A stretch of 32,000 bases of DNA from Halomicronema hongdechloris C2206. Lineage in GTDB: Bacteria > Cyanobacteriota > Cyanobacteriia > Phormidesmidales > Phormidesmidaceae. Made by a program: the position numbers and the translations under genes. The stretch covers positions 5,070,001 through 5,102,000 of the forward strand of contig NZ_CP021983.2 of NCBI RefSeq assembly GCF_002075285.3. Reading direction: 5' to 3'. Positions 25,601-31,674 of this stretch are shown piece by piece; within the stretch, counting starts at the first letter, position 1; every line of letters starts with the position of its first letter. The notes beneath the pieces were generated by a model. That model saw only the letters and a program-made list of their open reading frames with translations. It had not been told where the DNA came from and searched no databases.

Positions 25601-26492
25601 TCTATACGAATGGATGATCGATCCTATTGAGGGCAACCTAAGGGATTTAAATATAAACAATATAGTTTTTCTGATGGACAAGAGTATAAGAGGAAGGATT
25701 CCAATAGCAGCACTCTATGATGGAGAGAAATTTTTCGTTCAAAAATATAGTTTTGGATTGATGCCAGGATTGACTTTGTCTGACGCTAGATATGTCGACT
25801 TAAGACAATCTGGCTTACTTCTAATAGGCATAGATGCTTTTGATGAATATCCAGAGCTAGCTTTAGGTCCAATACCATATGTCAACTTAGAAATCGATAG
25901 ATTGTCAGAGATTTGGGTGGACAAGACAGTCCTGCGAGATCAAGATGCTAACTATCCTAATGTTCTGAGTGTTAGAAGGCGCAAGAATCACCAAATAGTG
26001 CATATTGCTACCCACGGAGGATCTCTGGCGAATCGAGACAATTTACCTCAACTGGTTCTATGGGATAGAATTCTGACTCCACAAGATATATCTCCCCAGG
26101 ACTGGTATAGTCCACCAGTTGACCTATTAGTATTGAGCACCGGAGAATTGGGTCTTGAAAGAGGAGAATATAAATTTGGAATCGCAGGTGCTTTTCTCAA
26201 TGCAGGTGTCAAATCAGTTATCGCAGACTTGTTCTATTCAAGTGATTCTCTATATCCCGAATTAATGGCAAGATTTTATCAAAATCTACAAGTAGCCCCA
26301 ATCAGGGCTGAAGCCCTGCGAAGAGCTCAATTGTTCCTTCTTAGAGAATTTTTAAATGAAAAAGTTGAGTACGAAAGAGAATACAATAAGGGTTCTTTTA
26401 CTATAGAAGAAAGTTTAACAGTCGAAGAAAGTGATATTAGAAATATTGAGGCTTGGGGTGCGGGAATTACAATCATTGGAAATCCTTGGTAA
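22638..26492 (+). CDS. large multidomain protein: TPR-like helical region, nSTAND-type P-loop NTPase, Pro-rich linkers, one TM helix, ~170-aa coiled coil, CHAT (caspase-like) domain lacking the catalytic Cys
   Basis: 1284-aa open frame. Walker A LVLHGTSGVGKSSLVNGGLLPAL (about 23509-23532) and Walker B VFIFDQFEEFF. TM segment LFWSSGLLAASLVAALLAGTFAGTA (about 24810-24884), then an E/Q/R-rich heptad-like stretch. The CHAT-like C-terminus has VHIATHG (His codon 26013-26015), but LLVLSTGELG sits where CHAT domains have LSAC (Gly codon 26142-26144). Confidence 0.8.
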   Translation: MALFEQSAAHWQSQPDAPQAALKRGLALFYLGRAQYFIADNAKYRQPDWARAVTPLQECLRVFDQAGRPDLVAQGITQLERTLRRLARWDDLHELAQRSLALHQTYGPPSKLAQDYGHLAAVALQQHRWPAAAAYARQALDTLPPRPSSWRILFLKTLANAEYAAAEVAAATEHLQAARALGVMEHPKLYSDVLALLQQCLRDQRQYLEAFTIKRQRLAIEKQYGLRAFIGAGRLRAQRTEQQATVRSEPQTLEDIAPEITASGRSRDLNQLLNRIAGKTHKLLVLHGTSGVGKSSLVNGGLLPALQGRALDNRDNLPVLIRQYTDWPQELATRLDQALALLPAPRLRPQSLPSPATDPTPRPPATSLRANSSLATRHSSLLTTLRRCEAATLRPVFIFDQFEEFFFAHSDPLARRDFFQFIADCLELQPSALKIVLSLRQDYLHYLLEAKQLVRLNQLAEGSMARSQLEDILGKQVLYEIGNFAPADAKAIIQQLASGSRIFLEPALIDALVADLAGPLQEVRPIEMQIVGAQLQTEGIQTLDQYRHLGEQPKETLVQRYLEDVVIDCGEENRQLAELVLFLLTDERGTRPLKTKPELLRDLGALGIPITPSPLSPPGRLRQHPITPSPPHPITPPPATNAQDDNLDLVLRILCGSGIGIHLPDSPDDRYQLVHDYLAGVIREHQAPRLEALMAELEEEKRRRLEAESETLVLTEANRKARRRLFWSSGLLAASLVAALLAGTFAGTATNKANRAEQELIAKEQSAQDAEIREREARAELEQAEAEAQQAARDLTRLETQAKISEQEIEAARIQFAQLEQKAATTQRKNQEIQEDLNRATSAIQEIESERERLIQEQEALIKRERQIRNDLNISQEELESIQNELSSSRFQLEEIENDLVANISEVLKLTREQTSHEVTPAILYVNFAPKKDFPQGDEDYSLTLWLITYDGQSIKENIDSVTQEKVLLAIDNIQRGYRRRDLKVLEDLYEWMIDPIEGNLRDLNINNIVFLMDKSIRGRIPIAALYDGEKFFVQKYSFGLMPGLTLSDARYVDLRQSGLLLIGIDAFDEYPELALGPIPYVNLEIDRLSEIWVDKTVLRDQDANYPNVLSVRRRKNHQIVHIATHGGSLANRDNLPQLVLWDRILTPQDISPQDWYSPPVDLLVLSTGELGLERGEYKFGIAGAFLNAGVKSVIADLFYSSDSLYPELMARFYQNLQVAPIRAEALRRAQLFLLREFLNEKVEYEREYNKGSFTIEESLTVEESDIRNIEAWGAGITIIGNPW
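23751..23778 (+). repeat. heptamer array TCGTCAC x4 (reverse complement of the GAGTGAC arrays) inside the CDS
   Basis: Read directly. It is translated as SSLATRHSSL within a Pro/Ser-rich linker. Confidence 0.9.
24461..24550 (+). repeat. octamer arrays CCCCATCA / CCCCATTA / CCCCCACC inside the CDS
   Basis: Read directly in two blocks (24461-24480 and 24509-24550). They encode PITPSP...HPITPSPPHPITPPP. The complement GGGGTGAT occurs at 28840-28859 and related units at 581-640. Confidence 0.85.
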
Positions 26493-26618
26493 ATATTGTT
26501 TCTTAAGCTTTCAATCCTATCAACAGACACCCTATCTGTCCGGATCATCTCGGAGTATTGAGTGATTTGACCCTCTGTACAGGACAAAAGCTTGAAGGGT
26601 AGATAGGAAAAGGGTTTC

Positions 26619-26798
26619 ATGGAATTGCGAAAGACTAACGAAACCCTTATGGAACAGGTTACTCTACTGCGCGATACCCTGCGGAGTCATCTCAACTGGC
26701 ACGGGGTTCACTTCACTGCTAGCCCGCAGTTGCAACTGGCTGCGCGATTACCTCATCCACAGCCCCGATGTCAGCGATGCCGATCGTGCCCTCTGTGA
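26619..26798 (+). mobile_element. possible remnant of an IS4-like transposase N-terminus (59-codon ORF)
   Basis: MELRKTNETLMEQVTLLRDTLRSHLNWHG... resembles, from memory, the N-termini of cyanobacterial IS4-family transposases. The remainder (..RLPHPQPRCQRCRSCPL) looks like nonsense. I see no inverted repeats and no DDE region. Confidence 0.25.
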
Positions 26799-27223
26799 TA
26801 TCCCACCCCGGGGTGGTGAGTAACGAGCTTGCCCTGAGCGCAGTCGAAGGGTAAAGAGCCTGTCCTGTAAGGCTTTCAGCCAGGCTCCGCCAAGCGCGTC
26901 AGCGGCTCCGCAGGAGCAACGTAGTCGTTTCGCCAAGCGACATGAACGGCTTTACCTGCCCGGAGGGAATAGGGTGGCGAGTAAAGAGTGATACCAATTC
27001 TCCAACAACTGACTACACATGATCTCCCGTAGGGGCGCACAGCCGTGCGCCCAGCGCAATATCTCGGTATAAGCACAGACCGAGGCATTCTCGTTGGCGA
27101 TAGCCTGCCTTTGGCATCGGGTAACGCGACCATGACTGCTGGTGGAGCTTCAAAGCTGGGTTTGCATCACAGAGAGTCAGGCGAGATGGCCGCAAAAACT
27201 CCATAGCTTCCCATCTCTAACTA

Positions 27224-27541
27224 TCACACTGCTATTTTTAGTGGGCGCCCTGTCATGTTGAGCTGGCCCCCATAGAGTTTTCTCTGGGCCGCAGTCATTT
27301 CTCTGTGGTACTCCTCTATTTCGGGGCGATCCCCATAGAGTTTTCTTTGGGCCGCAACGATTTCTTTGCGGTACTTATCTATAGCTGAGCGGTCCCCAGT
27401 CATTTCTGACCGGTCCCCATAGATTCCCGTCTGGGCCGCAACAATTTTCATCCGGTGCTTCTCTATGGTTGAGCGGGCCTCGATCAAATTTACTGCAATC
27501 CCTAGCTGACCAAGGCAGGCCATAGATAGCGTCCATAACAA
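27224..27541 (-). CDS. questionable ORF encoding 21-aa repeats (GDRxxIxxYxxxxxAAQRKLYG)
   Basis: 105-aa ORF that stays open through the 63-bp tandem repeat. The unit lengths (63, 63, 21, 63 nt) are all multiples of 3. No known family and no clear RBS. Confidence 0.3.
   Translation of the reverse strand: MLWTLSMACLGQLGIAVNLIEARSTIEKHRMKIVAAQTGIYGDRSEMTGDRSAIDKYRKEIVAAQRKLYGDRPEIEEYHREMTAAQRKLYGGQLNMTGRPLKIAV
27268..27477. repeat. tandem repeat, 63-bp unit x3 plus a 21-bp partial unit
   Basis: Units at 27268-27330, 27331-27393, 27394-27414 (partial) and 27415-27477, each beginning CCCCATAGA (the partial unit begins CCCCAGT). Units 1 and 2 are about 75-80% identical by eye, and unit 3 is more diverged. 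Confidence 0.85.
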
Positions 27542-27590
27542 ACCATCCCGCCATCCTCAGACTCCGAGTCGCGCCCACACTAAACATACA

Positions 27591-27751
27591 AGAAGGACCC
27601 TCGCTACCCTGTCGATGCAACGCGATCTTAAACGACCACTCGACCAGCCCTTCCGTAGGGTCCAGGGCGGCGGAACGCCCTGGTAGAGGGGGTTCCGGGG
27701 GAGCCGGATGAGCACCCCGAGCTACGCCATTAAGTGCGGTCTTACCGAGGT
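27591..27751 (+). repeat. dispersed ~165-180 bp repeat, copy A
   Basis: Shares these blocks with copy B: CGATGCAACGCGATC, a 21-nt variable block, CCTTCCG, GGGTCCAGGGCGGCGGAACGCCCTGG (perfect 8-bp hairpin) and GAGCACCCCGAGCTACRCCATYAAGTGYGGYCTTACCGAGGT. Confidence 0.8.
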
Positions 27752-27852
27752 CTCAATCCCCTATCAACAAGCCCACCCCAGGCCAAATCTCCACACCCAC
27801 AGACCGTCTGCTACCCGCGTAGCCCCCCCTGGATTCTGAGTCGCGCTGCACT

Positions 27853-27876
27853 TGCCCGGAATGACGGGCACTTTTT
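27853..27876 (+). terminator. intrinsic-terminator-like hairpin with T-run (orphan)
   Basis: TGCCCG (27853-27858), loop GAATGA, CGGGCA (27865-27870), then CTTTTT. It lies about 100 nt downstream of repeat copy A with no CDS upstream. Confidence 0.35.
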
Positions 27877-28251
27877 CATTAGGGGTGAGACCCTAAATAA
27901 TGAAGCTCTGACCTTAAACAAACAATTGGGGTCAGAGACTGACCCGTTCTATCTTTTTCCTAGAACGGTTTACCCCTCGCCCCCAAACGATCTGTCGGTG
28001 ATGTTCTAGACATGAGGGGGCCTCTGGGCCATGGGGCAAGTATGTTTTTGATGACCGATGCCGGATTTGTGCCCTATGTCGTCTATCTCTATCTGGTTCC
28101 GGTGTGGACCTGGCTGAGGTCGCCAACGTTAGCCGCCGGTGCCAGCGACCACCAGCCGGGAGTGGGCTGTCTAATAGGGAGCGTTGGTCTCGAGAGGGCC
28201 GGCTGTGTTGAGGCTGGCATCTCCAACAGATCACCTGGCTCGGCTCGAGCT

Positions 28252-28758
28252 ATGATGGCGGCAATGTTTTACCCGTATTGGCTTATGCAACCACGATTAC
28301 TCTGGTTACCCATCTTGCTGGCGGTCGTCGGGCTACCGGCTAAGGCCCTGGCCCATGCCGTCGAAACCCACTACGTCCTCGACGATGTCCTCGAGTTTCA
28401 ATCCACCTACAGCACCGGCGAGCCTATGGCCGAGGCTACGGTCGAGATCTATGCTCCCAACAACTCCGAGGAACCCTGGCTGGTCACCACCACCGATGAG
28501 CTGGGACGCTTTTCCTTCTTGCCCGATGCCTCTCTACCCGGCGACTGGGATGTCGTCATTCGCCAAGAGGGCCACGGCGATATTCTCACAGTGCCTGTAG
28601 AAGCCGACGGCGGCATTGATGTCGACGCCATCGTCAATCGGCTCTCCCAAGATATTCACTACGCCGCTACCCCGGCCCTGCTAGCCAGCTCCACGGCAGT
28701 CGGCCTAGGGGGCATTGCCCTGGCCTTCAGCCGTCGCCGTCGAATGAGTGACGAGTGA
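28252..28758 (+). CDS. secreted, C-terminally anchored protein with transthyretin-like (CarboxypepD_reg-like) domain
   Basis: Signal peptide MQPRLLWLPILLAVVGLPAKALA|HA. The core GEPMAEATVEIY...TTTDELGRFSFLPDASLPGDWDVVIRQEGHG fits the carboxypeptidase-regulatory-like pattern. C-terminal TM helix plus RRRR. Start is uncertain: in-frame ATGs at 28252, 28255, 28264 and 28285. The track's 28012 start is rejected. Confidence 0.6.
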   Translation: MMAAMFYPYWLMQPRLLWLPILLAVVGLPAKALAHAVETHYVLDDVLEFQSTYSTGEPMAEATVEIYAPNNSEEPWLVTTTDELGRFSFLPDASLPGDWDVVIRQEGHGDILTVPVEADGGIDVDAIVNRLSQDIHYAATPALLASSTAVGLGGIALAFSRRRRMSDE

Positions 28759-28794
28759 CGAGTGACGAGTGACGAGTAAAGAGTGATAAGTGGA
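28746..28794 (+). repeat. heptamer tandem array GAGTGAC x4 plus three degenerate units
   Basis: Read directly. The stop codon of the 28252..28758 CDS (TGA 28756-28758) lies inside the array. Confidence 0.9.
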
Positions 28795-28832
28795 TGGGGA
28801 AAAGGCAAAACGGAGGACGGAGGGCGGAGAGA

Positions 28833-28912
28833 GGGATGTGGGGTGATGGGGTGATGGGGAGGACGGAGGAGAGTTTTAAGGTCTTAGGGTTGAGTTTTGA
28901 GTTTTGAGTTCT
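28833..28912 (+). repeat. mixed STRR block: GGGGTGAT x2 (28840-28859), GGAGGACGG motifs, GAGTTTT x3
   Basis: Read directly. GAGTTTT units lie at 28871-28877, 28892-28898 and 28899-28905, with a degenerate GAGTTCT unit at 28906-28912. Confidence 0.8.
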
Positions 28913-29005
28913 TCCGGTAATGATTGAATTCAATCCTCAATAGATCAACGGTCAAAACGTCCTTTCCTGCACAAGTCTGTCTCTGCTTTGGTTTACTCGT
29001 CAGAT

Positions 29006-29188
29006 AGAAGAGCCCTATCGCCTCTTCGCCGATGCAACGCGATCCATCACTACTCACCGATATGACCTTCCGCGGGGTCCAGGGCGGCGGAACGCCCTGG
29101 CCGTAGGAGTCCGAGGGGAGCGAAATCCCCTCGGGCGAGCACCCCGAGCTACACCATCAAGTGTGGCCTTACCGAGGTTCAGCGCCAC
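29006..29188 (+). repeat. dispersed ~165-180 bp repeat, copy B
   Basis: Same conserved blocks and same orientation as copy A. It has an extra perfect hairpin, CCGAGGGGA-GCGAAA-TCCCCTCGG, where copy A differs. Confidence 0.8.
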
Positions 29189-29212
29189 TGAGCGACACCC
29201 CCTGCCACTTCT

Positions 29213-29620
29213 CTACTCGCCCACCTCCAATACGGCTGTCTTAATAGCAGCAATATCGCGGTCAGCATAGCCCTCTTGCGCCTTCAGGTGTCCCCACACC
29301 GGCTGAGGCCAGCAGGGATCCTCAGGGCGGCGGCCGATCACATGCAAATGCAGCTGGGGCACGAGATTGCCGATGGCGCCGAAATTGATCTTGGCATAGC
29401 CAGCCTGCTGCTTGATGTAGCGGGCCACCTGGCGGCACTCCTCTAAGACGGCCTGGGCTTCCTCCGGCGGTAGCTCTAGCAGATCGGTGATCTCGGTGTC
29501 GGGCACCAGAATGAACCAGAGCACCGCTGCATTTTTGTGCAGCAACAGCTGACAGTGAGAGAGTCGACCCAATTGATGGCACTCTGCCAGCAGTTGCGGA
29601 TGAAGCTGAAATGTCGTCAT
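29213..29620 (-). CDS. HIT (histidine triad) family protein
   Basis: Histidine triad PQLHLHVIGR, 135 aa. Confidence 0.85.
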   Translation of the reverse strand: MTTFQLHPQLLAECHQLGRLSHCQLLLHKNAAVLWFILVPDTEITDLLELPPEEAQAVLEECRQVARYIKQQAGYAKINFGAIGNLVPQLHLHVIGRRPEDPCWPQPVWGHLKAQEGYADRDIAAIKTAVLEVGE

Positions 29621-29874
29621 GGTTAAGGTCCTGAATCCAGCGCGATTTCAGTATCTGACACTGCTTTCAGGAATTGACGGCATCACCGGAACACTTCACT
29701 GGACAAACATCCTGGGCTCCTATACTGAAGGAGTTACTTCACAGCAGATCTAATTTGATTCCATGGATTACTCAGGAGGACGTGATAGATGAGCCGTCTA
29801 ATCATTTTTAAGACTGACTATCTGAGTGCTCCCGGATGTGAAGAGCGTACCTTAAAACACAGTGGAGTCCTGGT

Positions 29875-30960
29875 TTAGGGGTGCGAGTCTGCGGCTTCTT
29901 TAGCCTCGTCGATTGCCATGGCGGCCTCGGGCTTCCCCTGCTCTAACACATCGATGATCCAGGCTTCTTCGATCCAGACCTTGCTGATCACCGCCATGGG
30001 CAGGGCCAAGATCAGGCCCAAGGGACCTAGAAAGGTGGCAAAGAAGATCTGGGCGATCAGGGTGGCAGCCGGCAGCAGGGACACCTGCTTCTGCATCATC
30101 ATGGGGCTGAACCAGTAGCTCTCCAGGTTCTGAATCAGCACGTAGAGAACGAGCACGGCCACCGACTTGCCGGGTGACTGCAGCAGGGCCACAATCACGG
30201 GGAACACGGCGCTGATGGCTGGGCCGATGTTGGGAATGAAGTTAAATAGCCCTGCCAGCACAGCATGGGCAAAGGCATAGGGCACCCCCAACAGCACCAG
30301 CCCGGTAAAGCTGAGGATGGCGACAAAGGCAGAGTTGAAGCCGACGCCTCCCAGCCAGTTCAGCAAGGCCACTTCACACTTGGCCAGAATGTCGTTGGCC
30401 CGACGGCGATACCAGGACGGCAACAGGCGCAGTAACAGGTGTCGGTAGGCCGGGGGATCGGTCAAAAACATCAGGGTGAGGGCGATCACCAGCAGCAGCT
30501 GCAGCAAAATGGCGACGGAGCTGGAGAAGAAGTTGAAGAAATTGCCGAAGACTCGGCTGCCGATGCTGCCCACCTGTTGAATCAAGTCGGCATAGTCGGG
30601 CACCTGGACGTCCTGCTGGGGAAACCAATCGGGGGGATTCTGGGCCAGTAGGTTGAGCCAGTCACGAATTTGATCGAACCCGGTGGGAATCAGCTCTAGG
30701 AGTTCCTCAAACTGAGTGACAAAGAGGGGAACCACTAAGCCCACAAAGACCAAGCTGGCCAGGAAGGTCAGCCCTAGGGCCACGAACACGGCCCGTCCCC
30801 GGGGCCAGCGGAACCATCGCATCAGCTTGCGCACCAAGCTATTGAGGGCGATGGCGATGACCATGGAGGCAAAAATTAGCAGCACGATCTGCCGGAATTG
30901 CCACAGGATGATCAGGGCAATGACTAGGCAAACCAGGCTAATCCAGTCGGGGAGTTTCAC
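29875..30960 (-). CDS. AI-2E family transporter (PerM/UPF0118)
   Basis: 361 aa with about 8 TM segments. The pattern ..FNFIPNIGPAISAVFPVIVALLQ.. with a C-terminal LGLILALPMA is typical of the AI-2E family. Confidence 0.85.
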   Translation of the reverse strand: MKLPDWISLVCLVIALIILWQFRQIVLLIFASMVIAIALNSLVRKLMRWFRWPRGRAVFVALGLTFLASLVFVGLVVPLFVTQFEELLELIPTGFDQIRDWLNLLAQNPPDWFPQQDVQVPDYADLIQQVGSIGSRVFGNFFNFFSSSVAILLQLLLVIALTLMFLTDPPAYRHLLLRLLPSWYRRRANDILAKCEVALLNWLGGVGFNSAFVAILSFTGLVLLGVPYAFAHAVLAGLFNFIPNIGPAISAVFPVIVALLQSPGKSVAVLVLYVLIQNLESYWFSPMMMQKQVSLLPAATLIAQIFFATFLGPLGLILALPMAVISKVWIEEAWIIDVLEQGKPEAAMAIDEAKEAADSHP

Positions 30961-31089
30961 GGGGGCACAGCCTATACATGGCTCTGCTGCAACTATAGCG
31001 GTGATCTGAGCCAGTAGATATGGCGTTGACCAGTTCGCTCAGTCGCGGTCAGGGAAACTAGGAGCTAGGGGAATGGCGATGGTTTCACG

Positions 31090-31674
31090 TCACTGCAGTT
31101 GATGGCCACACTGGCCGCAGAAGCGATCGCTAGGGCTGACGGGCTGACCACATTGGGTGCAGAAGCGACGATTGCCGGCACTGGTATCGGCATTGGCCGG
31201 GCGATTCTGCCCTGACTCGCCCATGCTCATGGCCATGTTCCCCATGCGCATTTGCATCGGTTGGGTATTCATCTGCATGTCTCCCATGGTCATGGGCTGC
31301 ATTGGCTGCATCGGCTGCATCGGCTGCATCGGCTGCATCGGTTCCATGTCGGGAATCGATGGGGTGGCTGGGGCTGCCGCCTGCTGCATGCCCATTTGCT
31401 GACAATTGCTCAGGTCGGGGGCTGACCCCAAGGCTCCCATCTGGTTGCCTTGCAGCTGTAGGTAGTGATCGCCCTGGGCTGTCGATAGCTTGATGAAGAC
31501 ATTGGCCCCACGGCGATACATTTCTGGAGGCTGGGTCCAGGCGCCGACCTGGAAGCGACTGCTCGCTTGTTGCTGCTGACCCGCACTGCTGGAGGCCAGG
31601 GTGATGATGGTGTCGGCACCGGCGTTGCTGAGGTAAATCCGCTGGCCGCTGCCTAGGTCACAGGTATATGCCAT
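31090..31674 (-). CDS. zinc-ribbon protein with Met/Gln/Pro-rich low-complexity region
   Basis: C-terminal double CxxC (FCTQCGQPV...FCGQCGHQL) and a central (PMQ)n region. I set the start at ATG 31674 (MAYTCDLGSGQRIYL). The track's 31770 start adds a basic, non-conserved-looking leader. Confidence 0.6.
   Translation of the reverse strand: MAYTCDLGSGQRIYLSNAGADTIITLASSSAGQQQQASSRFQVGAWTQPPEMYRRGANVFIKLSTAQGDHYLQLQGNQMGALGSAPDLSNCQQMGMQQAAAPATPSIPDMEPMQPMQPMQPMQPMQPMTMGDMQMNTQPMQMRMGNMAMSMGESGQNRPANADTSAGNRRFCTQCGQPVSPSDRFCGQCGHQLQ
31291..31344 (-). repeat. 9-bp tandem repeat x6 (plus-strand CATBGGCTG; encodes PMQ repeats)
   Basis: Read directly: catgggctg cattggctg catcggctg x3 catcggttc. 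In frame within the CDS. Confidence 0.9.

Noticed and set aside
27268-27477. Regularly spaced repeats that could be a small CRISPR array
   Set aside because: The segments between the conserved cores are homologous to each other, so this is a true tandem repeat and not a set of unique spacers. The unit is 63 bp, there are only 3-4 units, and there are no cas genes in the window.
27591-27751. The dispersed repeat as a tRNA-like element, a group II intron domain V/VI, or a known ribozyme or riboswitch
   Set aside because: There is no cloverleaf and no T-loop GTTCRANYC. There is no AGC-bulge-GNRA domain V pattern, and no hammerhead, twister or HDV core motifs that I can see. I kept it as an unclassified repeat.
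28012-28251. Upstream 80 codons of the ORF-track model for the transthyretin-like protein
   Set aside because: The text is not protein-like, and a canonical signal peptide begins further downstream at 28252-28285.
9400-28300. Search for island boundaries (integrase, flanking tRNA, long direct repeats) around the accessory block
   Set aside because: There is no tRNA gene, no intact integrase or transposase, and no long flanking direct repeats apart from the short heptamer arrays. I cannot claim a discrete integrative element.
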